64,000 bases of DNA, taken from positions 3,252 through 67,251 of the forward strand of contig SVAY01000001.1 in NCBI GenBank assembly GCA_015059185.1, written 5' to 3'. The position numbers were made by a program, and so were the translations under genes. Of this stretch, positions 49,263-58,965 are shown piece after piece (position 1 is the stretch's first letter; every line of letters starts with the position of its first letter). Source of the stretch: Erysipelotrichaceae bacterium (GTDB lineage Bacteria; Bacillota_I; Bacilli_A; RFN20; CAG-826). The notes under the pieces are model-generated. The model was given only the letters and a program-made list of their open reading frames with translations. It searched no databases and was not told the DNA's origin.

Positions 49263-49294
49263 AAAAAAGCCTCTTGTAAAGAGGCGTTTTTTGT
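49263..49294. terminator. Bidirectional terminator
   Basis: aaaaaagcctctttgtaaagaggcgtttttt. Confidence 0.7.
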
Positions 49295-49316
49295 TGCTAA
49301 TTATACTTATTGATAA

Positions 49317-49952
49317 TTAAGCTTTGAATGTTAATGTGAATGTTCCTGATTTGGTTGTTGCTTCATCATTAACTGTTTTTGTGTCTTTCACCAACACACT
49401 TGTTGTTAATGTGCCTGCTTCTTTATTAAATTTAAAGATTTCAAAAGTCACATTCGCGTGATAGATGGTAGTAATTGTACCCTCGCTTGTGCTTGAGTGA
49501 GTAGAGGATCTATACCCTAATTCAAAAGTTAAATTTTCTAATTCTAAAGAACCACCACCGACGTTTCTTAAGAATCTATATTCATTTTCGGTAGCTGTTG
49601 GTAATGCGTAGCATTTATTGCTAGAGAATCCTTCTTCTGAATTATAATCACTAACGGTGTATACTTTAACGTTTTCTCCGTTATAGGTATGCCCGGTAGT
49701 AGGCACGTCACCAACCTTTATTTTTTTAGTATTAGGAATAACAACCGCCCCTATTACTTTTGCGGCTAATTCGTCTTTGTTCGCACCAATGAATCCGCTC
49801 TCACTTCCATATAATCCTTCATCAACTTTTATTTCTGTAAAAGAATCATAAGTAAAGTCTTTGTTAGAAATTGGTAATCCGTTATTGGCGGAACATGCGG
49901 TGATGGATAATAATGCAGCACCGGCAACAAAAAGTTTTCTAAACGTTTTCAT
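49317..49952 (-). CDS. Putative lipoprotein, function unknown
   Basis: 211 aa. Signal peptide with lipobox LLSITACSAN. No recognisable domain. Confidence 0.5.
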   Translation of the reverse strand: MKTFRKLFVAGAALLSITACSANNGLPISNKDFTYDSFTEIKVDEGLYGSESGFIGANKDELAAKVIGAVVIPNTKKIKVGDVPTTGHTYNGENVKVYTVSDYNSEEGFSSNKCYALPTATENEYRFLRNVGGGSLELENLTFELGYRSSTHSSTSEGTITTIYHANVTFEIFKFNKEAGTLTTSVLVKDTKTVNDEATTKSGTFTLTFKA

Positions 49953-49954
49953 TT

Positions 49955-49992
49955 TTTTCTTTCTAAAGAAAGGGGCCGATTAACGACCCCTT
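49955..49992 (-). terminator. Terminator after ppdK
   Basis: aggggccgattaacgacccct hairpin, followed on the minus strand by a U-rich tract. Confidence 0.55.
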
Positions 49993-50003
49993 AATTATTC
50001 AAA

Positions 50004-52637
50004 TTATCTTGGGAATTTGATGTTTGCTTGAGCAGCGGCTAATCTAGCAACTGGAACACGGAATGGTGAGCAGGAGACATAGTCTAAGCCAGCCTTGTGA
50101 TAGAATTCGATGGATTTTGGATCGCCACCGGTTTCACCACAGACACCAACGTGAAGATCTGGTCTTGTGCCTCTACCAAGTTTGACAGCGTTTTGAACGA
50201 GTTTGCCAACACCGTTTTGGTCTAAGGTCTTGAATGGATCTTCTTCGAAGATTTTCTTGGAATAGTATTCACCTAAGAATTTACCAGCGTCATCACGGGA
50301 GAATCCGAATGTCATTTGGGTTAAGTCATTTGTACCAAATGAGAAGAATTCAGCTTCGCTAGCGATTTCATCTGCTAATAAAGCAGCACGTGGGATTTCA
50401 ATCATTGTACCAACATGGTACTTCATGTTGAGACCGCTTTCCTTAATTAATTGATCTGCAACTTCACAGATGATGTTCTTAACGTACTTGAGTTCTCTAA
50501 CTTCGAGCACGAGTGGTACCATGATTTCTGGTTCAACAAGTTTACCAGTTCTCTTGCTTACAGCAATAGCGGCCTTGATAATGGCTCTTGTTTGCATTCT
50601 GCAGATTTCTGGATAGGTAACTGCTAAACGGCAGCCACGGTGACCCATCATTGGGTTAGCTTCGTGTAAGTCGTCGATTCTGTCTTTGACTTGTTCAACG
50701 GATTTACCAATAGCATCCGCTAATTCTTTGATTAAGCCTTCTTCTTGTGGGAGGAATTCGTGTAGAGGTGGATCTAATAAACGAACGTTGACGTTGAGAT
50801 CACCCATGATTTCATAGAGGCCTTCAAAGTCTTTTTGTTGCATTGGTTCGAGTTCTGTTAAAGCAGCTTCTCTATCTTCAACAGTGTCAGCAAGAATCAT
50901 TTTTCTCATAGAGAAGATTCTGTCTTTGTCGAAGAACATGTGTTCAGTACGGCATAAGCCGATACCTTGAGCACCAAAGATTTTGGCTTGTTTAGCATCA
51001 CGTGGAGTATCAGCGTTGGTTCTAACCTTAAGGGCTCTATTTTCATCAACCCACTTCATTAATCTGCCGAAGTAACCGGAAGTTAAATCTGGTTCAACGG
51101 TCTTGATGGAACCGAGGTAGACATCACCTGTACTACCATCGATACTAAATGTATCGTTTGGTCCATATACTTTACCGTCAATAGTAACGGTTTTCTTTTC
51201 TTCATCGATAAGAGCAGCAGCACAACCACAGACACAGCATTTACCCATACCACGGGCAACAACGGCTGCGTGAGATGTCATACCACCTCTCATTGTTAAA
51301 ACTGCTTCAGCGGCAACCATACCAACGATATCTTCTGGAGATGTTTCGGCTCTAACGAGAATAACTTTTTCTCCAGCATTATGTCTAGCTTCAGCTTCTT
51401 CAGCGGTGAAGGCTAATTTACCAGTACCAGCACCTGGACCAGCAGCTAAGCCTTTAGCGATTGGTTTAGCTTTAGCTAATTCATCTTTATCAAATCCTGG
51501 AAGTAAGAGTTTATCAAATGTTAAGGCATCAATTCTGCAGACAGCTTCTTTTTCATCGATAACGCCTTCATCGACTAAGTCACAGGCGATCTTTAAGCTA
51601 GCGGCAGGAGTTCTCTTACCATTACGTGTTTGTAAGAAGTATAAGATACCATCTTCAACGGTGAATTCCATATCTTGCATATCACGGTAGTGGGCTTCCA
51701 TCTTCTTGATGGTATCAACGAATTGTTGATAGACGCCTGGCATTCTCTTTTGTAATTCTTCAATGTGAAGTGGAGTACGGATACCCGCGACAACGTCTTC
51801 ACCTTGAGCGTTTGGTAAGTATTCGGCAGAGATCTTCTTTTCACCAGTACCTGGGTCACGAGAGAAGGCAACACCTGTACCAGAGGTTTCACCTTTGTTA
51901 CCAAAGGCCATTGATTGAACGTTAACAGCAGTGCCCCAGCTATATGGGATATTGTTCATCATACGATAAACGTTCGCTCTTGGGTTGTCCCAGCTTCTAA
52001 AGACGGCGGTGACAGCTTCAATTAATTGAACTTTTGGATCACTTGGGAATTCTTCACCAAATGTCTTTTTGTAGTATTCCTTATATTGTTTAACAAGGAC
52101 TTTTAATTCTTCGGCAGTAACTTCGGTATCGAGTTTATAGCCTCTAGATTCCTTAAGTTCTTCAAGCATCTTATCCATTTCAGTACGTGGATGACCTTTA
52201 GCGATGTTTGTGAACATTAAGATGAAACGACGATAGCTATCAAAAGCAAATCTTTCGTTGTTTGTTTCTCTTGCTAAAGCAGCAACAGTAGTATCATTTA
52301 AACCAAGGTTTAAGATGGTATCCATCATACCTGGCATAGAAACTCTAGCACCACTTCTAACGGAAACTAATAATGGTTTGGAATCGCCACCAAACTTTTT
52401 ACCTGTTTGGGCTTCGATTCCTTTGATTGCATCATAAATTGCATTCACTAAGTAATCTGGTAATTTCTTTCCAGAATCATAATAAAGAGTACAAGCTTCA
52501 GTTGTGATAGTGAAACCTTCTGGAATTCTTACCCCAATATGTCTCATTTCAGCTAAACCAGCACCCTTGCCACCCAATAACTCTTTACCTAATCCGTAGG
52601 CTTCGTCGAATGGGTAGACGTAACGTTTTTCAGCCAT
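50004..52637 (-). CDS. ppdK: Pyruvate, phosphate dikinase
   Basis: Roughly 877 aa from ATG 52637 (MAEKRYVYPFDE..., AGGAGG RBS). The ORF-track N-terminus is over-extended. Conserved GGMTSHAAVVARG phospho-His region and a PEP-utilising domain. Confidence 0.93.
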   Translation of the reverse strand: MAEKRYVYPFDEAYGLGKELLGGKGAGLAEMRHIGVRIPEGFTITTEACTLYYDSGKKLPDYLVNAIYDAIKGIEAQTGKKFGGDSKPLLVSVRSGARVSMPGMMDTILNLGLNDTTVAALARETNNERFAFDSYRRFILMFTNIAKGHPRTEMDKMLEELKESRGYKLDTEVTAEELKVLVKQYKEYYKKTFGEEFPSDPKVQLIEAVTAVFRSWDNPRANVYRMMNNIPYSWGTAVNVQSMAFGNKGETSGTGVAFSRDPGTGEKKISAEYLPNAQGEDVVAGIRTPLHIEELQKRMPGVYQQFVDTIKKMEAHYRDMQDMEFTVEDGILYFLQTRNGKRTPAASLKIACDLVDEGVIDEKEAVCRIDALTFDKLLLPGFDKDELAKAKPIAKGLAAGPGAGTGKLAFTAEEAEARHNAGEKVILVRAETSPEDIVGMVAAEAVLTMRGGMTSHAAVVARGMGKCCVCGCAAALIDEEKKTVTIDGKVYGPNDTFSIDGSTGDVYLGSIKTVEPDLTSGYFGRLMKWVDENRALKVRTNADTPRDAKQAKIFGAQGIGLCRTEHMFFDKDRIFSMRKMILADTVEDREAALTELEPMQQKDFEGLYEIMGDLNVNVRLLDPPLHEFLPQEEGLIKELADAIGKSVEQVKDRIDDLHEANPMMGHRGCRLAVTYPEICRMQTRAIIKAAIAVSKRTGKLVEPEIMVPLVLEVRELKYVKNIICEVADQLIKESGLNMKYHVGTMIEIPRAALLADEIASEAEFFSFGTNDLTQMTFGFSRDDAGKFLGEYYSKKIFEEDPFKTLDQNGVGKLVQNAVKLGRGTRPDLHVGVCGETGGDPKSIEFYHKAGLDYVSCSPFRVPVARLAAAQANIKFPR

Positions 52638-52659
52638 ATAATTCCTCCTATAGGCTTTC

Positions 52660-52676
52660 ATGTGTTTAAAACACAT
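52660..52676. promoter_or_regulatory. 8-1-8 palindrome ATGTGTTTAAAACACAT in the ppdK 5' leader (candidate operator)
   Basis: Perfect inverted arms, 23 nt upstream of the ppdK start codon. Confidence 0.3.
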
Positions 52677-52776
52677 CAGCCCGTATATTGTATCTTTATT
52701 AATTTTCATAGGCAAGAAGATATTAAAAAAACAAAACGGATTTATATCCATTTTGCTTTCTAATAAGCTGATTTGT

Positions 52777-53496
52777 TTATATTTTTCTAACTAGATTTAC
52801 TTCGTTGCTGGATACATTTATTAGTTTGTTATTGCACATAACTTTGAGCGATCCATCAAAGTCTATACCTTTTGCGATACCTTCTAAAAGTTCACCATCA
52901 TAATTAAATGAAATTGTCTTGTTTAACAAGTAGTCTAATTCAGTGTATTCTTCAATATAATCACTTAAATCATCCTTAAGGTTTTGAACACTATATTTAA
53001 GAGCGTCGCTTACATCAATTGCAACGAGTTTTGGATCAATCTTCATTCCAATAACATTTTTAATCGATGTAGCGGAAAAACCATTAAAATCCTTTTGATT
53101 TACGTTAATTCCTACACCAATTATCATGTAATTTGGTAAAGAACCTTCTAAAAGGATGCCACATACTTTCTTTCCTGCTATATAAACATCATTAGGCCAT
53201 TTGATACTTACTTCGTCAATTCCTAAGTTTTGTAAATATTCTGCCACCACCACGCTTGTAACAATTGAAATTAGATTAAATTTTTTTATAATCTTGTCAT
53301 CTTTAATTAATATTGAAAATGCAGCGTTTTTATTAGGTTCAGATTCCCAGGTATGTCCTGTTCTTCCTTTACCTTTTGTTTGGTTAGAAGTAAAGACACA
53401 TTCAAAATTATCAAGTTCGTTAACGTGTTCTTTTATATATTCGTTTGTGGAACCAACTTCTTTTAGTTCAATCATTATTTGCCGCCCTCGGGCCAA
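52777..53496 (-). CDS. birA: Biotin--[acetyl-CoA-carboxylase] ligase (group I, no HTH)
   Basis: 239 aa. GKGRTGHTWES motif. Confidence 0.85.
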   Translation of the reverse strand: MARGRQIMIELKEVGSTNEYIKEHVNELDNFECVFTSNQTKGKGRTGHTWESEPNKNAAFSILIKDDKIIKKFNLISIVTSVVVAEYLQNLGIDEVSIKWPNDVYIAGKKVCGILLEGSLPNYMIIGVGINVNQKDFNGFSATSIKNVIGMKIDPKLVAIDVSDALKYSVQNLKDDLSDYIEEYTELDYLLNKTISFNYDGELLEGIAKGIDFDGSLKVMCNNKLINVSSNEVNLVRKI

Positions 53497-54746
53497 GTTC
53501 TATTTGCTTTGAACCAATCTGTTTCTTTTAATATGGTTGAGTTGTTACTTCCGGTTACGGTGTAGTTAACACCATCTTCACACTTAAACACAATGTTGCC
53601 GTTCATTGATGTGTATTCACCGGTTTCGTTGTTAACCATTAATGTTGTGGCATAAATCTTATCGGTGTGCTTTGCCATTCTGTCTATTGCCTCTTGAGCC
53701 GGAAACCAGTGTAAAGGGTTGGCGTGTTTAGAATCATATTCATCAGTTCCGCAACAACAACATATACAAACAGTTTCTGGTGTAATTTTATCAAGTAAGA
53801 CATCATTGCTAGCAGTATAGCTACCATGGTGACCACCTTTAAATAGTTGACAATGAGGTAAGCTAGGATTCGTTTCTACTAACGACTTTTCGCCTTTTTC
53901 TTCTAAGTCACCGGTAAGTAAATAGTGGTTATCACCTTGTGTAAACAATGTACAAACAGAGTGATCGTTTTCATCTTTGCTTTTTTCGTGGTAATAAGCT
54001 TGATCAAGAATGGTCATGGTTATACCTTCTGCTAATGTATATTCTTTTTTAGCGCCGTCGCTTTCACTCACGCATTGTAATGCTGTATAGTGATGCGCAA
54101 TATCACCGCTTTCTAGTTTAGCATCTCTTTTAGAAACATAATCGGTGTAAATTTGTGATGGGGCGTCTTCTAATTTTTGTGTAATTTGAGCAAAATCGAT
54201 TAAGGTATCAATCTTAAATGTATCAAAAATACCTGGATTTGCTTTGCTACCAACAAAGCCAGCAATGTGGTCTTGGTGAGCATGTGTTGCAATAACATAT
54301 TCTAATGTTCCATCGGTGCAGTATTGGGTAACATAGTTTTTGATGGTGGTGGCGCTGTCTTTTCTACTACCAGCATCAATAAGAATGTCGACATCTCCTG
54401 CTTTAATATAAGTAGAATCACCCGTATATTTATTTCCTAACTCTAAGAAGTTAAATGATATACCGGTATCCACAACTTGGTGTGAGTGTGGTTCTTGACT
54501 ACTTGTGTCGCCTTTTGGACTAAGTTTATCTTTTAAGAATAAGAAATATACCGCTACTCCAATACCGATTACGACAACTGCAACAAGTAAAATGATTAAG
54601 AATACCTTAGGATTCTTTTTAGCGGCCTTTTTAACAGCTTTTACAGCTTGCTTTTGATAATTGGGGGTGGATTGCTTTTTTGAGCTTCTTGAAGCCTTTT
54701 TTGTAGTTGATTTAGAATTTGATTTTTTAGAATTATTGGTTGCCAT
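53475..54746 (-). CDS. Membrane-anchored metallo-beta-lactamase-fold hydrolase (ComEC C-terminal-domain-like)
   Basis: 423 aa. Basic S/K-rich N-terminus, one TM helix, then an MBL domain with ATHAHQDHIAGF (HxHxDH) and a downstream GGHHGS motif. Confidence 0.65.
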   Translation of the reverse strand: MATNNSKKSNSKSTTKKASRSSKKQSTPNYQKQAVKAVKKAAKKNPKVFLIILLVAVVVIGIGVAVYFLFLKDKLSPKGDTSSQEPHSHQVVDTGISFNFLELGNKYTGDSTYIKAGDVDILIDAGSRKDSATTIKNYVTQYCTDGTLEYVIATHAHQDHIAGFVGSKANPGIFDTFKIDTLIDFAQITQKLEDAPSQIYTDYVSKRDAKLESGDIAHHYTALQCVSESDGAKKEYTLAEGITMTILDQAYYHEKSKDENDHSVCTLFTQGDNHYLLTGDLEEKGEKSLVETNPSLPHCQLFKGGHHGSYTASNDVLLDKITPETVCICCCCGTDEYDSKHANPLHWFPAQEAIDRMAKHTDKIYATTLMVNNETGEYTSMNGNIVFKCEDGVNYTVTGSNNSTILKETDWFKANRTWPEGGK

Positions 54747-54863
54747 GATAAATACCTTCTCTATTAGTTTAAGAAAAAAGACAAAGATGTAAACAAAAAA
54801 TAAAATTTTTTCGCTGCTTATCTCAATATTTATAATATTTACCTTTATAAAGAGATATATTTA

Positions 54864-55328
54864 GTGACTATATATTATAAATATAGAGATATTTTTTTGA
54901 CCCAAAAATTAATGGTTGTTTTTTGCTATTTTTTGATAGAAGATATAGCCACAATGTCAAAGAAAAACCCAGGCGATTATGATGAACACATTATTGACGC
55001 TCTACTCAAACTTGATAATCCAATTATTGGCAAGGGAGGGAAGAGGTTTTATATACGCGATAAGGCACGTAACGAATCTGGTTTAGAACACATTGCCGCA
55101 AAAAGACACAGGCTAAAAGTAAGAGATGTTGAATTAGTAACTAAGATACTTAGGCATCCTATCTATATGTGCGATGATCCTACTAATCGTATTTATAGAA
55201 ATTATTACGGTATTAGAGAAGGGAAAGATTCCAATTCCTTCTTAAAAATAGTTACCTCGCCAGTAAAAGGAAAAAGAAACGAAGAGGAGGTTATTGTTAC
55301 TATATTCCCAACAAAATCACTTAAATGA
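54864..55328 (+). CDS. Small basic hypothetical protein (start uncertain: GTG 54864 or ATG 54954)
   Basis: 124-154 aa. No recognised domain. Contains GLEHIAAKRHRLK, a conserved-looking His/Arg/Lys patch. Confidence 0.35.
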   Translation: MTIYYKYRDIFLTQKLMVVFCYFLIEDIATMSKKNPGDYDEHIIDALLKLDNPIIGKGGKRFYIRDKARNESGLEHIAAKRHRLKVRDVELVTKILRHPIYMCDDPTNRIYRNYYGIREGKDSNSFLKIVTSPVKGKRNEEEVIVTIFPTKSLK

Positions 55329-55461
55329 TTTGAAAAAGAAGTTTTGTGTTATAGAATAAAATTACCAAGGGTGGAAAATCTGTGTTCGACCACGGCGCAC
55401 CTCTAGTAGGTGGAAGTCAGCGATTTGAGGAAAACGACAGTCTCAATTGGTAAACAAATAG

Positions 55462-55486
55462 CATCTCCTGCGAGATGTTTTTTTGT
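55462..55486 (+). terminator. Rho-independent terminator closing a roughly 100-nt structured intergenic segment
   Basis: catctcctgcgagatg hairpin, followed by ttttttt. Confidence 0.55.
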
Positions 55487-55583
55487 TTGACTTAAAGATG
55501 ATAATATTGAATAGATGATTATTTGTGTGGGCGAAATATTGGTAGATATATTCCGTGACGTGAATAAGGAAGTAATAAAACCT

Positions 55584-55591
55584 GGGGGGGG
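55584..55591. repeat. Poly-G(8) homopolymer tract in the intergenic region
   Basis: cctGGGGGGGGcaaaa. Unusual in a genome of about 30% GC. Confidence 0.6.
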
Positions 55592-55738
55592 CAAAATCAT
55601 AGGCAAAGACTGTCAAAGAATTTATTCTCTGCTATCAAAAGGAATTGATGGATATGTGGAACAATACTAAAAAAGTCTCAATATTAGAGAAAAAATAATA
55701 GCGTTGTAAATATGAAATATAGTTCATATAATTAAGAT

Positions 55739-56533
55739 ATGAAGCCAACCATTACAATAGATAATATTTATTCGCCAACATGTAAGAACATTGTTCATTT
55801 TTGGTTCAAAGAAGGAACAACTATTGATGCTCTTTTTTCTAATGGTGTTATTAAAAGATACGATGTTTTAAATTTTGTAGAAACATTTCCTAGCTTGTTG
55901 GCTCTTAAAGACCGCTCATTCTTTTTGAAAGGCATTAATATGAGGGGCGGTATATATTGGGATGAGAATGTAGATGTTGGAGCTGATGAGATTTATGATT
56001 ATGGAACCGATGTATCTTTTGAATATAACGACTATGAGCACTTAATTGTTGAATACGAAGACAGGAATAAAAGTTGGTTACTTAAAAAAGCGATATACGT
56101 GTGGTTTAAAGAAAATGTAGCTGTCGACGTGTTGTTTGATGATGGTTTGGTTAAGCGTTTCAATATGCTTAAGATAGCAAACAATAGCCCGGTAATAGAA
56201 AAACTAAAGGACTATCAATTGTTTAAAAAAGGAAAACTTACGCCCGTTGCACTTACCTGGACCACGGATATTGATATTGAGACCCGAGTTATTTACGCTC
56301 TTGGCGACGATGTGACTAACGAATATGATAATGTATGGAACCTTGTGGTTGGTTTTAAAATCAAGCAAAAAAGAATTAAAAAAAGAATGTCTCAAGAACA
56401 ACTTGCAGAACTTAGTGGAATAGATCAAGCGACATTGTCTAAAATTGAAAAAGGACAAATGAATATTTCCATAAAAACCATCGCTCGTATTACTAACGCT
56501 TTGAATGCAAAAATAAAGTTTGATATTAAATAA
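55739..56533 (+). CDS. Tandem DUF2442-like domains fused to a C-terminal XRE-family HTH
   Basis: 264 aa. Two roughly 90-aa repeats (…FSNGVIKRYDVLNF… / …FDDGLVKRFNMLKI…). C-terminal HTH (MSQEQLAELSGIDQATLSKIEKGQ). -10 TATAAT upstream. Confidence 0.55.
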   Translation: MKPTITIDNIYSPTCKNIVHFWFKEGTTIDALFSNGVIKRYDVLNFVETFPSLLALKDRSFFLKGINMRGGIYWDENVDVGADEIYDYGTDVSFEYNDYEHLIVEYEDRNKSWLLKKAIYVWFKENVAVDVLFDDGLVKRFNMLKIANNSPVIEKLKDYQLFKKGKLTPVALTWTTDIDIETRVIYALGDDVTNEYDNVWNLVVGFKIKQKRIKKRMSQEQLAELSGIDQATLSKIEKGQMNISIKTIARITNALNAKIKFDIK

Positions 56534-56544
56534 CTGAAAGCAAC

Positions 56545-56575
56545 AAAAAATCCTACCAAATTGGCAGGATTTTTA
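56545..56575. terminator. Bidirectional terminator
   Basis: aaaaaatcctaccaaattggcaggattttt. Confidence 0.6.
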
Positions 56576-56594
56576 AGTTTTAGGTTTGTTTATC

Positions 56595-57140
56595 TTATTT
56601 CTTATCAACTAAAGCGAATATCACGCTTAAAGCGCCATAAACAGCAATGAAGATACCAACAATAATCCAGAACACTTTATCAAAATCTGGGACAGCCATA
56701 TATACAGCAGTTAAAGTGACTAAACCAGCACCGACAATGATTTGAAGAATGCCATAAAGTTTATTGACCTTGATTAAGAAATAAATGCCATAAAGCATTA
56801 AAGCAGCTCCAACACCCATAACGACTAATACTAAGAAGTTCACTAAGAATGCGAAGGTGGTGTATTTAGCAAATAAACCAGCACCGACGGCGATTAAAGC
56901 GCCAGCACCAAGAGTCATGCCTAGAGGTATAACACCTTTCTTTACTAATAAATAGATGGCCAAGCCTAAGCTAGCTGCACCGAGCACTAAGGCAAGTACT
57001 CCGAAATAGATGTCAACAGTTTCACCGATACCAACAACAGCGATTAAGATACCGAGAACGATGACTAAGATGCCTTCTAAGACGGCTGTGAGTTTTTCAT
57101 TGTTTGTTTTTGTACTCATTTTCTTTTTCCTCTTTTCCAC
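56595..57140 (-). CDS. DUF308/HdeD-like small multi-pass membrane protein
   Basis: 181 aa. Basic N-terminus, then repeated G-rich TM helices. Confidence 0.5.
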   Translation of the reverse strand: MEKRKKKMSTKTNNEKLTAVLEGILVIVLGILIAVVGIGETVDIYFGVLALVLGAASLGLAIYLLVKKGVIPLGMTLGAGALIAVGAGLFAKYTTFAFLVNFLVLVVMGVGAALMLYGIYFLIKVNKLYGILQIIVGAGLVTLTAVYMAVPDFDKVFWIIVGIFIAVYGALSVIFALVDKK

Positions 57141-57171
57141 ATAGTGTTATACCACCATTTATATTTTTTGT

Positions 57172-57204
57172 TAACAAAAAAAGAGACCGAACGAACGGTC
57201 TCTA
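57172..57204 (-). terminator. Terminator after the decarboxylase operon
   Basis: agagaccgaacgaacggtctct hairpin, followed by a U-run on the minus strand. Confidence 0.6.
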
Positions 57205-57218
57205 ATATGCGTTTAAGC

Positions 57219-58610
57219 TTATGCGAATAGGAGTAATAAGACACCAGCGGCGACGGCAGAACCGATAACACCAGCGACGTTAGGTCCCATTGCGTGCATA
57301 AGTAGGAAGTTGCTTGGATCTTCTTTAACGCCTTCCTTATGGACTACACGAGCCGCCATAGGAACAGCAGAGACACCAGCTGCACCAATCATTGGGTTAA
57401 CCTTGCCACCAGTAAGTTTACACATGAGCTTACCACCAAGGACACCTGAGGCCGTTGCAATAGCGAAGGCTAAGATACCTAAAACGAAGATAAGGATGGT
57501 ATCAACTGTTAAGAATGTTGCAGCGTCAGCTGTACAGCCAACACAGACACCAAGGAGAATGGTGATGATATACATTAATGAATTAGCGAGTGTTTCTCTA
57601 ATCTTAGGAACAACGCCAGATTCTTTAATTAAGTTACCAAGCATTAAGCATCCGATTAAGGCTCCAGCACTTGGAACGATTAAGACGGTTACGATAGTAA
57701 CGATGATTGGGAAGAGAATCTTTTCTCTCTTGCTCACTTCACGTGGAGCTTCCATCTTGATTAAACGTTCTTTTTTGGTGGTTAATAAACGGATGATTGG
57801 AGGTTGAATAACTGGGACTAAGGCCATGTAGCTATATGCAACAATAGCGATAGAAGATAGATATTCAGGAGCGAGTTTAGATGTGACTAAGATAGCAGTA
57901 GGCCCATCTGCTCCTCCGATGATACCAATACTAGAAGCAATTTTGGTATCAAATGCGGTCCATCCTAATCCGTTCTTACCGATAGCAATAGCACCGATAA
58001 AGGTAACGAAGATACCGATTTGAGCAGCAGCTCCTAAGAGCATCGTTTTCTTATTGGCAATTAATGGTCCGAAGTCAGTAGTGGCACCGATACAGAGGAA
58101 GATTAAGCAAGGATAAATTCCCCATTTAACTCCATAGTAGAGGAAGCCAAACATTCCGGAATAATCGTAGTTATATACGTTTTTAATGTTGTTAACAACC
58201 ATTGAGTTGAATCCAAGATCAATAGCTTCTTGGTTTGATAAGAATCCTGAGCTAGACACCAAATCACTGATTTGATGGGTGGTATACATTCCTTCAGCAT
58301 TGCCAAGCTGCGTGAATATATATTGGGCCTGAGCCTCGGTTAAACCGGCTTTTGCAGCGAATTGAATTGCATTATATGATGTGGCGCCTTTATTGAATAT
58401 CTCTTGACCGACGAGAGGTAAGTTAACGAGTAACATACCAAACGCAATTGGGAGTAAGAGATATGGTTCAAAGTCTTTCTTAATGGCTAAGTATAAAAGG
58501 ACTAACGCCACTAAAATCATGACTAAATTGGCCCAACCACCAGTAGTAAAGAAACCGGCGATACCAGAGCTTTTAAAGAATTCAACGATGGTATTCCAAA
58601 TCGTCTCCAT
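57219..58610 (-). CDS. oadB: Na+-translocating decarboxylase beta subunit (OadB/MmdB/GcdB family)
   Basis: 463 aa polytopic protein with the characteristic N-terminus and conserved membrane core of the OadB family. Confidence 0.88.
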   Translation of the reverse strand: METIWNTIVEFFKSSGIAGFFTTGGWANLVMILVALVLLYLAIKKDFEPYLLLPIAFGMLLVNLPLVGQEIFNKGATSYNAIQFAAKAGLTEAQAQYIFTQLGNAEGMYTTHQISDLVSSSGFLSNQEAIDLGFNSMVVNNIKNVYNYDYSGMFGFLYYGVKWGIYPCLIFLCIGATTDFGPLIANKKTMLLGAAAQIGIFVTFIGAIAIGKNGLGWTAFDTKIASSIGIIGGADGPTAILVTSKLAPEYLSSIAIVAYSYMALVPVIQPPIIRLLTTKKERLIKMEAPREVSKREKILFPIIVTIVTVLIVPSAGALIGCLMLGNLIKESGVVPKIRETLANSLMYIITILLGVCVGCTADAATFLTVDTILIFVLGILAFAIATASGVLGGKLMCKLTGGKVNPMIGAAGVSAVPMAARVVHKEGVKEDPSNFLLMHAMGPNVAGVIGSAVAAGVLLLLFA

Positions 58611-58612
58611 AC

Positions 58613-58963
58613 CTATTTAACAACAGCAATCACTTGTTTAGCGGTGACATTATCGCCCTTCTTAACAAGGATTTCAGAGACGGTTCCGTCAAATGGAGAC
58701 ACGACATCGTTTTCAAGTTTCATGGCTTCAACAACAACGAGTGGTGTGCCCTTTTTGACAGCATCACCAACTTTAACTTTTAAAGCAACCACTGTGCCTT
58801 GGATTGGTGATTCAACCTTGTTGCCATCTCCACTAACAACTGGAGCGGCAGCTTTCTTTTCTTCTTTTTTTGCTTCTGTAACAGCTTCGCTAGCAACTTG
58901 TTCAATGCTTTCAAGTTCAACACGATAGCTCTTACCATTAACTTTTACTTTATAGATTTTCAT
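58613..58963 (-). CDS. Biotin carboxyl carrier subunit (biotinyl domain) of the decarboxylase
   Basis: 116 aa. Ala/Pro linker, then biotinylation motif EAMKLEN. Confidence 0.85.
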   Translation of the reverse strand: MKIYKVKVNGKSYRVELESIEQVASEAVTEAKKEEKKAAAPVVSGDGNKVESPIQGTVVALKVKVGDAVKKGTPLVVVEAMKLENDVVSPFDGTVSEILVKKGDNVTAKQVIAVVK

Positions 58964-58965
58964 AG

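Noticed and set aside
55365-55460. Known riboswitch class (c-di-GMP, ZTP or tRNA-like) for the structured segment before the 55462 terminator
   Set aside because: Visual comparison with GEMM-I, ZTP and tRNA consensus features found no convincing match. It is kept only as an unclassified structured element in the 54864-56533 finding.
55403-55606. 67-aa minus-strand ORF in the 55.3-55.7 kb intergenic region
   Set aside because: It spans the terminator hairpin and poly-G tract, has Ser/Ile-rich low-complexity content, and has no RBS. It is probably spurious.
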